Assembly: GCA_030141605.1 (NCBI GenBank)
Contig: JAQGDQ010002368.1
Coordinates: 558,001-622,000, forward strand
DNA: 64,000 nucleotides
Direction: 5' to 3'
Source of the DNA: Tubiluchus corallicola
Taxonomy: Eukaryota; Animalia; Priapulida
The position numbers were made by a program, and so were the translations under genes. This document shows, piece by piece, positions 50,001 to 60,900 of the stretch (positions are counted from its first letter, which is position 1; each line of letters opens with the position of its first letter). Under the pieces are notes generated by a model, which saw only the letters and a list, made by a program, of their open reading frames with translations, made no database searches and had not been told where the DNA came from.

Positions 50001-50048
50001 TTTTTCACCTGGCGGTTCTTCTGAATTCAACGCACTTATAGTCGACAT
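26026..50048 (-). CDS. ABCB1: ABCB1/MDR1 P-glycoprotein-like full ABC transporter (TMD-NBD-TMD-NBD), complete, about 1382 aa
   Basis: 26 coding exons (minus strand; 4149 nt in frame): 50048-49978, 49542-49368, 47254-47070, 46303-46066, 45685-45552, 44044-43873, 42667-42543, 41529-41355, 41083-40970, 38957-38847, 38333-38208, 37885-37682, 37171-37001, 36865-36704, 36505-36317, 34258-34106, 33930-33826, 33503-33342, 32677-32474, 32041-31941, 31263-31123, 30566-30410, 29871-29674, 29073-28867, 27315-27169, 26247-26026. Both NBDs are canonical: Walker [51 protein letters not shown]. Exact orthology within ABCB1/4/5/11 is unresolved, and the first exon is less certain than the rest. Confidence 0.95.
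31678..31745. repeat. Compound microsatellite (AAC)n-(GCAC)n-(CA)n
   Basis: aacaacaacaac...acgcgcacgcacgagcacgcacatgcacacacacacacac, seen directly. Confidence 0.85.
38404..38692. mobile_element. Degraded hAT-type MITE
   Basis: AGGGTTGTGCAAAAA ... TTTTTGCACATCCCTA imperfect TIRs, with AAACC/AAACTG subterminal repeats. Confidence 0.5.
40353..40664. mobile_element. hAT (Charlie-type) MITE, 312 bp, young insertion
   Basis: Perfect 8-bp TSD GCTAAAGC (40345-52 and 40665-72); TIRs CAGTGGTTCCCAAA / TTTGGAAACCACTG; GGGGTAA subterminal repeats; CpGs retained. Confidence 0.9.
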
Positions 50049-52559
50049 ACTTTCTTGCTGGTTAAACCCCTAAAAATGTTGTGCCGCACTGCAAAAGATA
50101 TGGTTATTACATAAAGACCAGCAAAACGTAAGCTCATTGCTCTTCCGTGGCGCAATAACACACCACAGAATTCAATGGAAAAGTCACGCTTTGCTGGCTA
50201 GTGGCCGGTATGTTACTGAGAAGCTGGCACTCGCCAGACAACTGTCAACAACATATTCCTTTATGCAGGACCTTATTTGATTTCATGTGAATGAATTTTA
50301 CGAAGGTAGATGTCTCTACCTAAAACAAGTTTTTAATTTGGCAAAATAAAGCAGGGTTGTCCAGATAATGAAATCGTACAGTTGTCCGCTGGATGACCGC
50401 CGTATGCAAGGAGGCGTTTGTCAAAAAAGTGAAAGCACCACGCAAGAAAATAACTTACATTTTCATGATCCCTAACACGCCGATTACAGTTTACACACCA
50501 GATTAGCCGCGTTTCTCTAGTCGTAAAATAACAACGATCAAATTATTTTCAATTACTATATAAAACTAATTATATAGCTAATAAAATTGAGCTAAAACAC
50601 CATTCAGTGCATAGGCTCACATCAGTAAGCCAACGTGTCGATGAATAAGTATTTCTTATCTCTAATCTTATTGCATTCGAGTGCAAAATTGTGTCGTGTA
50701 AAGCCTAATACAATAATTTTATTAATGTACTTGCACTAGCTCTGTGTTCAAAGTCCAAGTAGTTTGCACTACTAAATACGGTATTGCTGTAAACTGTAAA
50801 ATACAGGTGATCTCATTTCAACTAAAAATCATTAAACTGTACTGCAACTAGGCTGCAAATTAATTATATGAAAGGTATCTCTATTTGATCAAAGTTTAAC
50901 CAGCTGTAGAATGGTTACCAAGGCCAGCCACCGTTCAAAGTTTACAAGAAGCCATTATACATGTGCGTATAGACAAGTCATCAATACATGTACTGACATC
51001 AGCATCTGTATTCTACAGTCAGGCAGAGTGAAAAGTGAAAGCCGATGAAATGAAAATCACGCTCAAGTAAAACTCACTCTCGAGTTGTTGATTTGTTAAA
51101 CACGTCACTCTACGTTAACACGTAACAGCTAACATTCTACATTAGCAAAACTGAAAAACCCGTTTCGTCTATTACGGATAAACTGCGTCTGTTTTAGTAC
51201 AGCTTTAATGTCAACATAGTAACTGGTAAAATTATTGTTGTCATTGTGACAACGTACAGCATCGCGTTCAATACTGCGTACACACGCAATTTATATTGCT
51301 GAGCTAGTGGTAGTATTTAGTATCTAAAGTTAGTTGAGCGAGTTCTTGTGAGTATGATTTTAATTTGTGTAAAATAGCCAGCGTAATTCATTTCACATCA
51401 AATGTACTTTTATGAAAGCCAAGTTTTAGCCTTCACATTAAACCTGCTTTCGTTAGCTATCACCATGGTAACGTTGCACAAATTTCACTGTACAATGCCA
51501 GTCTGCGAATACGTTTACAATTATTATACTTCTCTTAGCTCCTTCAATACATCAAACGTACAATTGTAGATTTTGCCCCGTAAACTGAAAGCTAACGAGA
51601 TGTAAACACTCTCTCCATTACTGTGAACACGGATGAAGTTGTTGCTTAAGCTGAACAAATTCTTTCACCACCAAAAATAGCCTAAGAAATTACAACAGTC
51701 AACAAAAAAATAAATAAAGATGCCTTCAACCAACACTTCCGTACAGTATCTTTCTCTTTACAAGACAGAGGAACCGCCCAGCTGTACTCCAGAGGAACCT
51801 TTCTGACCTTTCCTCATCATGATTGGATGGTTAGTATAATTGGATGGCCAGTGGGTTGACGAAGCCCTGTTAAAACTTATGTACAACTTTTGTCATACTC
51901 AGCATCATCACTTCAAAACTAGTGGCAACTATATATTTTGATTCACTGCACGATTGGAATGTATTAGGACAAATTAAAATTTGCTAATGCGTACCTGGTT
52001 TTTTTACATATTAGCTTAGAATTTCGGCTATTCTTTTGCACCTGTTTCACTTCTAAATATAAATAATACTGCATCATATTAGATCAGATACAGCAGCAAA
52101 CACAAATATGCCAATTCCTTCCCCTCCCCCACCCCTAATACAGCTGTGGAAATCAGCTTACTAAATCAATAGATTCCAAACGTGCATCATTCATTAATAT
52201 TGTTTCATAAAATCTCAGGATGTTATTATTAGCTTATATAGTAGGGTTCCTTATGTCCGATATATGGTTCCAGTGGCATTTCTGTGCGAAATTTATTGAA
52301 AGTAAAGAATTGTGACTCACAGTCCAGAAAAATTGGGTGCCATTTGCAATTGGGCCCCAGATCAAAGAAAAGCCCCATGCTGACTATTAAGACACACCAG
52401 TAATTGCACTAGAAGGTATTTTTATGGTTCTGAATATTAATTTGATATTAGTTTCTTCATAAGGACGGACCCAATTGCCCTAGCAACCCACTTTACGGTA
52501 TTCCTTCTGGCCCGAAAGTATGGCACGCCCGACTTATTTAGTGTACAAATCTGAAATTT

Positions 52560-54050
52560 ACTAGAATGGGTTATTTTAGAATGCTGAATACAAACAATGA
52601 ACTTAGTTTTTCTGTGTGGATGGATCTGTTTGCCCAGACGCCGATCTTATAGGGTTTTCCGGGAACCAAAATAGGACAAATCGTAACATTAAGCACATTC
52701 CTAAATATTGCCAGAAAGGATTTTTCGGCCATTTACTGGGACCAATGCAACCAAAATAAAAGCAAGTACTTTAAAACACTGTAAAGAACATCCATTCAGC
52801 CACAATATCAAATTGATGAACTTAGTCTCAAAAATGGCTGCGCCTGATGAAATTAAACAAGATATCCACTGGCATGACGAAAAAGGTAAAGCTAAGCTTA
52901 AAGATATGGTTTCATTCAGATTGACGATGTTCATTGCTGTTAAGTCGATTTGGGATAATATTGAAAAGATGAAGTTGAAAGTTCTCGGCACAAGTCAAAA
53001 GAAGATTGCATGCAAAGTTCAGGAGAAGGTTGCGAAGTTCCGACAACTGTTGGCTCGCTTTTTAGTTGTACAACAGTCAAGCCCTGAACTCCGAGAAACA
53101 TTAGGTGACACCACTAGCAGTTTGAGTTCTCTGTTATTCCAAAGTCCTTGTTTCCTGATGGAAAACTTCTAATTCCTATGTATAAAAGTTCTTTCATTAT
53201 GCTTTTTTAGAATTTCATTGCAAAAGGAAAAGATGTTACAAGGTACCTTTCAGTGAATGAGCCAAGAACAAAGTGTGCATTATCAATGCTATGGCTGTTG
53301 TCCAATGATGTTAAGAAAGAGCCTAGCAAGGAAACCTTTGCTTTGTGCAAAGATGTGATAAGATCATGAAAGCTTACAAAAAACTCTAAAATCTCAGACA
53401 AGTCGGTTACTTAGTGTACAGAGTTCAATTTTAGTTTGTTAAGATAATTATTTTGTTGCTTCGTTGGGTTTAATTCAAATTACTATTACCATAGCAACTG
53501 TTTTTTATTACTTTGTGGCACCGAGATTCATAAAAAAGGAAAAAATAATAATAATAACTATTATTATAGAAATATGAATGATATTACAGAAACTGTACAT
53601 CCTTACTACTTGTTTCAAATTATTGCAAGTTTTACTAAAACATCACATATTGCTACAGAATTTTTTTTTTAAATTGAGTATCCAAATGTTTACAAAGGGG
53701 TTTACAGTCACGTGGTCTTGTGCATACGTTTCTTGTGAATGGCTCCTGACTGCCTGAATTTGCTTAGATGGGTAACTTAATTCACCACACTGATTCTGGC
53801 TGTTTAACTGTCTGTTTACAGTAATCCCAACATGGCTAAAATACTTTGGCCATTTCAGTGGCTCATCTTAGGAGGATATCCTTGATCAGCCAGGCTCCCG
53901 TCATGCCACAAATGTCAACTTTAAGTAGACCCTGCATTTAAATGCTGGATTTTGGCTTCTAGAGTATTTCTTTATGAACAGGGCGACCGAATGGTTGCAG
54001 AATAATGTTTGTTTCAAGAAAATGAGTGGATTAGCTTACGTTAGGTATTA
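52560..54050 (+). mobile_element. Possible fossil DNA transposon (hATm-like) containing the 154-aa ORF 52708-53172
   Basis: AVKSIWDN...SQKKIACKVQEKVAKFRQLL and a later FFMNRATEWLQNN fragment loosely resemble hAT/hATm transposase segments. Broken by stops, and no clear TIR pair. Confidence 0.3.
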
Positions 54051-56033
54051 CTTGCCACAATGCATGGCAGTTTCGCGGCAAGGGTGGCAAAGAATCGGAA
54101 AAAACTGACCATTTCACTTTTTGGCTGTACATTGTCAACAAATATCCGATTCATGAAACACATGCCATGAAATGCTGTGTAATTTGTTTAATAAGTGTGC
54201 CACAATTTTCTATTTATAAGTTTACTGATAGAAGAATAAAATAGATAAAACAGCAAATAAAGTTTTAGTGTGAAAATTATAGTTCTTTTGCGATGATAAA
54301 AGTTATGAAGAAATCTGTAACAACAAAATACACTGTGGGACGAAACTTAAAGGAAGACCGGACGATTGTTCAGACTTAATCTCATGTTAATTTACTGTCC
54401 AAAATATACAATTTCTTGCCTACAAAAGTTAACAATTGTTCCTTATATTTGAATAATTGGCTTAGAAAGTTAATTAACGGCAACCGCACACAGCTATTGC
54501 TTACGTCAGAAACTAACACACAGTTTGTGCAATGGCAGGCGTCTTCCCTTGCGCATCAAGCCCATTTGCATAAGTGTTACAATACTATTTAAACGCATGA
54601 TGTCCCGAAAAGGGCTTTACATCATGTGACATCAGAAACTAACACTGCAGTTCATGTGATCATGCTTATCACGGTTCCGCCTTCTATTTGTTGGCCACGC
54701 GAATGTGACAAAAAGGCGCCGCTGCCAATCTTAGTAGATTCATTGAGCCGCACGTAGCTTTGAAAGTTTAAGGAAATTTGAGTATCCTAGGTAATTATTA
54801 TTTAATCTAAGCTTTGATTTAAAAAAAAGCTTTTGTAGTTTTCAAATTTTCGAGTATTCTTTATTGTGAACTAATGCTTACACAATCATCCGGTTGTACT
54901 TTAAATATCGGCAACAGAATTGAACCTCAACTCATTTTCACTTCATTTTAAAAAATGAATCAAATCCGAATCTCACATTTTTGTAATTTCCGAAACTGAA
55001 TCAAATCCGAATCTTCAATTCACTTAAATTCTAATATCAGAGTGAAATCCAAAAATTTTAGCTTGATGTAAGTTCGTTTTGGCATCCGTGCATTGTTAGA
55101 TGCAATAGATTTTATTTGTTGAAATTAATGATCTTGCCAAAACACAATAAAGTTTTTAAATCCAGATTTTGTTTTAGCCTTGTCTATGTTCAGCTTGCTT
55201 AGATTTTTATTTATTTATCTTAAAATGTGTTCGTACTATGTACAAAGAATTCCAAAAACTTTTGGTGTATTAAATTACGAATGCATTTTCTTATTCAAAA
55301 CGAAATCTTGCGCAAGTTGCACCATTGTCGCATAAGACGCGAAAATAGGACTACCACGTGTATCAACATCCTGGAAGTGGCGACAGATACATGCATACAT
55401 ACATTACATAGACGTTTATTTTCTCCAATAAACATATCACAGATGGATAGACAAATACACAGACGGGGCGATAATTCTACAGTTGCCAATTTCGTTGGGG
55501 CAACTATAATAATTTCTCAGTCGTCAGTTCATAATAATAACTAACACCATACTCGAGTCATGCTCATACGTATAGCCTATGATAGGACTAGTCCTAAGCC
55601 ACTGTCAAATTTTTAATGAAGCGACCGCAAAATTAATTACTTTCGAAACATAATACTGTAGTAGTATATTTACCCTTTTCGCTCAAGTTTCTTGGCGCAA
55701 AGTTTAAATTTAATGATTTTCCACTTTCACTTTCTTTACCGGGCTATTTTTGACGAATGACTCAGTCAGCTTACAGAGTGACGTAAACTTTCAATGGGCA
55801 AAATCTTGCGTTATGCATATCCATGGTCAGAGCTCATGTGACCCAATGAAGGACGAACTTTGATTTAACAATAATTAGGAACTAAGTTTCTAACACGCAA
55901 AATCAACGAATCATATTACAACATTTTTATTTAAAAAAATCAGCCTTTCTGATGAAATCCGCATCAAGTCTACTTTGCATCCCCTATGTTATCACTGTGA
56001 GTAAAATAACACCAAAATGAACTCGCTGAGGAG

Positions 56034-56400
56034 TAGAGGTGAGCACCAAACGTTCGAGTTTGATTCGAACTTAAAATTATAGATTCGAATAATTCAGCAC
56101 TTCAGTCATATGCGTTCTATTTCATTAAAATGTTTGAAACAGCATCAATTAACACAATTTAGCTGCAGTTTTTGTGCAAAATTTTCAACAGAATAATAGT
56201 GGTTTTGCTGCACAACAAAATCAAGTAATATGCATAATGTAAGACCACTTTTTACTTCAGCTTCAAAAACTTGTTCGAAAATCTTTCAAACTCTTTCATA
56301 ATTCGATTCGAATTTGAAATACTGATATTTGGTTCAACTCGAATTCAAAAGTCACGAATTTGACTCGAATTTGCTTTCTAGTAGAAAATGCTCACCCCTA
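56034..56400. mobile_element. hAT-like MITE, copy A
   Basis: TAGAGGTGAGCA ... TGCTCACCCCTA TIRs and TTCGA-rich subterminal repeats. CTGAGGAG occurs on both flanks (right copy offset by 3 nt). Confidence 0.7.
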
Positions 56401-56442
56401 AGTCTGAGGAGTGGCAAAAATTCAGTCGATCAGATTACATGG

Positions 56443-56776
56443 CAGGGATGAACATCAAACGTTCGAATCGAATGAGTTTTTTTATTGCAAATTTGATTTG
56501 AACCTAAATTATAGATTTGAATAGCTCAACACTTCAGCCCCATACGTTTCTTTATCAATAAAATGTTTGAAACAGCATGCAATTAGCACAATTGAGCTTG
56601 CAGTTTTTGTGCAAAAATTTTAGCAAACTAATAGTGGTTTTACTGCAAAACAAAATCAATTAATATGCATGATCTTTGTAAAACCGCTTTTCACTACTGA
56701 TCCGAAAAATTGTTCAAAAATGTTTCAAACTGAATTCGAATTTTAAATAGTGAAAGGTAGAAAATGCTTATTCCTA
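56443..56776. mobile_element. hAT-like MITE, copy B (same family as copy A)
   Basis: CAGGGATGAACA ... TGCTTATTCCTA; colinear with 56034-56400 (e.g. AAAATGTTTGAAACAGCAT, GCAGTTTTTGTGCAAAA, TAATAGTGGTTT). Degenerate TSD TTACATGG/TTACACAG. Confidence 0.7.
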
Positions 56777-57111
56777 TTACACAGCTTGTCGTTTTTGACA
56801 AGTTGACAACCAAAATAATGCTTCATAGTAGTAGTAATAAAATTTTATTTTCGGTCAGCTAGTAGTAATTTAACATGAAACATTAGCTAAAACACTATTA
56901 TTACTCCACTGATAATTAGTAGTTAAAATTTTAGCAAAGTCTTAATATGGCTCAGAGCAGATATATATCTATGGTCACAACGATGGTCTCAACTGTGCAA
57001 CAAAGGTTGCTTGTTGCTTACAATGAATTTCTAGGTGTTGGGAGCAAAATACAGCAGTAGCCCGAGTAAAGAGTAGAACGCGTCGTACATGGGCTAGCCT
57101 CCAAGTAAGAC

Positions 57112-57751
57112 GCGTCGTACATGGGCTGCCCAAGTAGGACACTAGAGACAGGTCACGAATTGAGTCCTTAACCGTACTGGCAGCGTCCGTTGTCTTTGTG
57201 TATTTAATAATAATAAAACATCAATACACGTAATGAATAATGAATATATACATATAATGAATAATTTATTATACATTTGATAAAATAAAAGAATCTTATT
57301 TGTGCAAGAAGAATGGCCAATATTAAATTTGGCTTCGATATTAATCTTTTTGAAGTGAAATAAGCCCGCTTTCTAGGCGATTCCAACATCTGCTTAACAT
57401 AATTATCATTTATTATTTTGTCTTGCTTCACAGACAGGTGATCCGTTTTACTACCTCTTGGGAAAATAATTGTTTTCTACTATGTAAACGGGCTAGCAAG
57501 CTATGTGCACTACATAGTTTCTCTCTTTAAAGCATTAGATACTTAGGTTAATGTTAGGATGATATTAATGGAGCTAATAATAATGATGATATTATTGCAA
57601 ACAATACATTTTTAAATCGTCAAGGACTATTCATCGTTATTATAAAGTTACTTTTTTCTAAAACAAATTTAGTTTTATGTTTATTATGTCGTAATTCTCG
57701 ATTCTCGACAGAAATCGCCAGTGCCCAACTTGGGCTGCCCATGTACGACAC
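57112..57751. repeat. 32-bp inverted repeat pair (possible MITE) immediately upstream of BBS12
   Basis: GCGTCGTACATGGGCTGCCCAAGTAGGACACT (57112-57143) matches the reverse complement of 57720-57751 at 28/32. An extra direct partial copy lies at 57080-57106. Confidence 0.6.
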
Positions 57752-57900
57752 TGCTTTTCTGCAAATTTTACACGTGGGGCTTAACGAAAGTGTCTTACCT
57801 CGGCTAACTTCGTACTCGGCGCCCTACATAAGGACTTGAAAAGCGAGAGCGGCAAAAACTAAAGAAGTTTGTTTCACGAAATTCGACAAAAATTCTCGCA

Positions 57901-60900
57901 ATGTGTGATATGTTTTCGTTTCAAACGTTTTTAAGGTACATAAACTACGTTAAAGGAAAAGCTACAGGTCTCGGGAAATTGAGCTTATTTTGGACAAGCA
58001 TGAGAAAGTTGCAGCAGTAAAACTGTGAAAAACGCCTCCTGTAATTAGTAAAATCAATTAACTTCTTCACGACCGTGGGATTTTATTGCATTCAGCATGG
58101 GTTCATGAAAAACCGTTCTCACCAAGCAACGACTGCATTGTAATTATTTTCATTTTTGTATATCTCACACAATGGCCATTCATACAAAATCAAATTGAAA
58201 CGCATTGCATTTTTTAATTACTATTAATTATTATTAATTAGTATTAAAAATCGATTTTTGGAAATCAAATTGAGAAAACTTTTCAGCTATTACATTGTTT
58301 TGCACAATAACAACGTACAACGTCACTTGCTTGAAATCCACTAATTAATGCAGAACAATACACGGATACACCTTGGCCTCAATTCTACTGTATTTTGAAG
58401 GAAAAAAATTGTTGCCATAGATGAGACGACCTTAGTTGAATAGTTGTGTTTCTGTTTGGAGTACCAACAGTTAGTTGCCATGTCAACAAAGTTATTGGAC
58501 TAGTCTTTCTGCTGCCATACATGTGCAATGATGCTCCAACAATTATTGTAGTGTATTATATATTATAGATTTCCTTTTCATAGTAGCTTATATAACGGAT
58601 AAATTTAGAGAATTGTAAAAGCACAATATTCTTAATAAAATTTCCTGTAACCATAAAGAAACTTTTAAAAACAGTATATTATTTCTTCAACATTAATTGA
58701 GGTATTGAAAATATTGTGAACATGTTCCTACAACTTTGCCAACTGACATCAATGTGCTATTTTTGTCATACAAGAGTTCAAGTACAGGCATGAGTTCACT
58801 TAACCAACGTAGCTTATGTCGCTACATAACCAAGCACTTAATTACACCAATGTAATCAAGCGCTTGGCATAAGGGCCAAGCAATTGTTTTTGCTAGTCTG
58901 TGTAATACCTACACAGGTATATTTTTGCAAGGTTTGGTATAATTTAGTTATTAGTTGGGTGAGACTCTGAAGCTGTAAAATCTCAAAACACATTCAAACC
59001 TGCAGTTTTAATGAGCTATGATACAGCAGAAATACTACGATTCTAGAATACTAATGCTCCAAGATTTGGGTCCCGGATGATTGGGCCTGTTTTTTACTTA
59101 TAGAGCCAAGGTCACCGTTTAAAATTTTGTCTAACTGTTTTTGGTGAGCTGTTTGAATAGAATGAAAGTGGCACCTGTAGGAAAAATTGGTTCAAATGGA
59201 AAAATAGGAAAAAATGGCACAAAAGTTTTTTCGATGCAAATAACTTCTATAATAAAACTAGAATGCTCATAGTAGGAAACTCGTCTCTGCCAGTGTTCAA
59301 CAATTCTAAACATTTTTGTCTGATCCTTTTGATAGAAAATACATAAAACAAAGAAAAACAAACATGCAAAAATATACCTGTATAGGTATTACACAGACTA
59401 GCAAAAACAATTGCTTGGCCCTTATGCCAAGCGCTTGATTACATTGGTGTAATTAAGTGCTTGGTTATGTAGCGACATAAGCTACGTTGGTTAAGTGAAC
59501 TCATGCCTGTGCTTGAACTCTTGTATGACAAAAATCGCACATTGATGTCAGTTGGCAAAATTGTAGGAACATGTTCACAATATTTTCAATACCTCAATTG
59601 ATCTTGAAGAAATAATATACTGATTAGTGAAGCCACTGACTGGAAGTTGTGGAGGCAGTGACCATAGGAAGGTTGTGATTGGTAGACTATAGCCTTGAGA
59701 TCTGTTCAATTAATTTAATTTAATCAGCAAGTTAATTAAATTATTTTTTTAGTGTCAAATGCATTACCGATGACAACCAATGCCACTTCATCAAGTGCCC
59801 GGCTCAACTACTAGAAAACATACATTTGAAGGTACAATTAAAACTAAAACTGTGATTATGTATTTTAACATATTTTTGATATTAGGCTTACAGTTACTGA
59901 ACTAAACTAATGATTTTTTTGTTTTAAGGACCCTAGTATGGAATTACTCAACTCTGCTGTTCAGGCACATCATAAGATGTATGGCTCTTCAACAACAACT
60001 TTACTGTTTATGGCTAATGCGTGGGTCCACTCTGCATTTGAATTAGTAAAAAAGGTTTGCTTTAAAAATTTGAAGCCTTTTAAATTGTATCAGTCTTAAA
60101 AAGTCAGGATGTACCGGATCCGGATTCCGGACTCCAAGATCCAACATTTTTTATGGATCCGATCCAGATCTGGCAGAAATGTTCATTAAACTTTGCACAG
60201 TGTGTATTTCTAGTTTTCTATGTATAAAATTATCGATTGTGAAAAAAAATTAGAGCAGGTAAGAAAAATTGTACATGACATTTTAGTTACCCAAATAGTC
60301 TTAAGTTTTTTAAAGACTTTGAAGGATTCATATTAAAATCTTCAGAAATTCATTAGTTTTTATGCCACCATGCTTGTAGCGCTAGCGCTACCAGCAATTC
60401 TCATGTCGTGGTTCTTTGTTGCAAGTAGCATGCAAAGATAGTGCTACTGCTACAAAAATGCTTGCTAAAATTCCAGTAAGCTTTTACTTTTACTTCGAGT
60501 AAGAGCATAGTTTGGCGGTTTTTTAGTTTAACCAGAACTGGATCCAGTACATACAGCCGTGGATCCGATGTATCCCTATGGAAAAGCAAACATGTTACTA
60601 TGAAGTCTGTATCTTAGTTTGGCAAATACACTAAAATCTAAAATTCCAAAATTTAATTCAAATTATGTTAATTTAAAAAAAGTACTGTTGCATAACATTT
60701 GGCTTGTAAGTATGATTTGCTTTGCATATGCACTTTTGCAAGCAGTGCTTTGTGTTGACAATGAGTAATGTACTAGTCTATATACTGCTAATGTACCTGG
60801 TAATTAATTACTTGTGTAGACAATTAGGTAATTGTGACACTTTGTCTAAAGTCAGTATTCAAAAAATTCTATATAAACATTCCTGCAAGAAGGTGGACTT

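Noticed and set aside
57901-57935. Shorter BBS12 first exon using AAG|GTACAT
   Set aside because: Frame-compatible, but the longer exon to 58016 includes GLGKLSLF, which aligns with vertebrate GLQQLSSF; kept only as a possible alternative donor.
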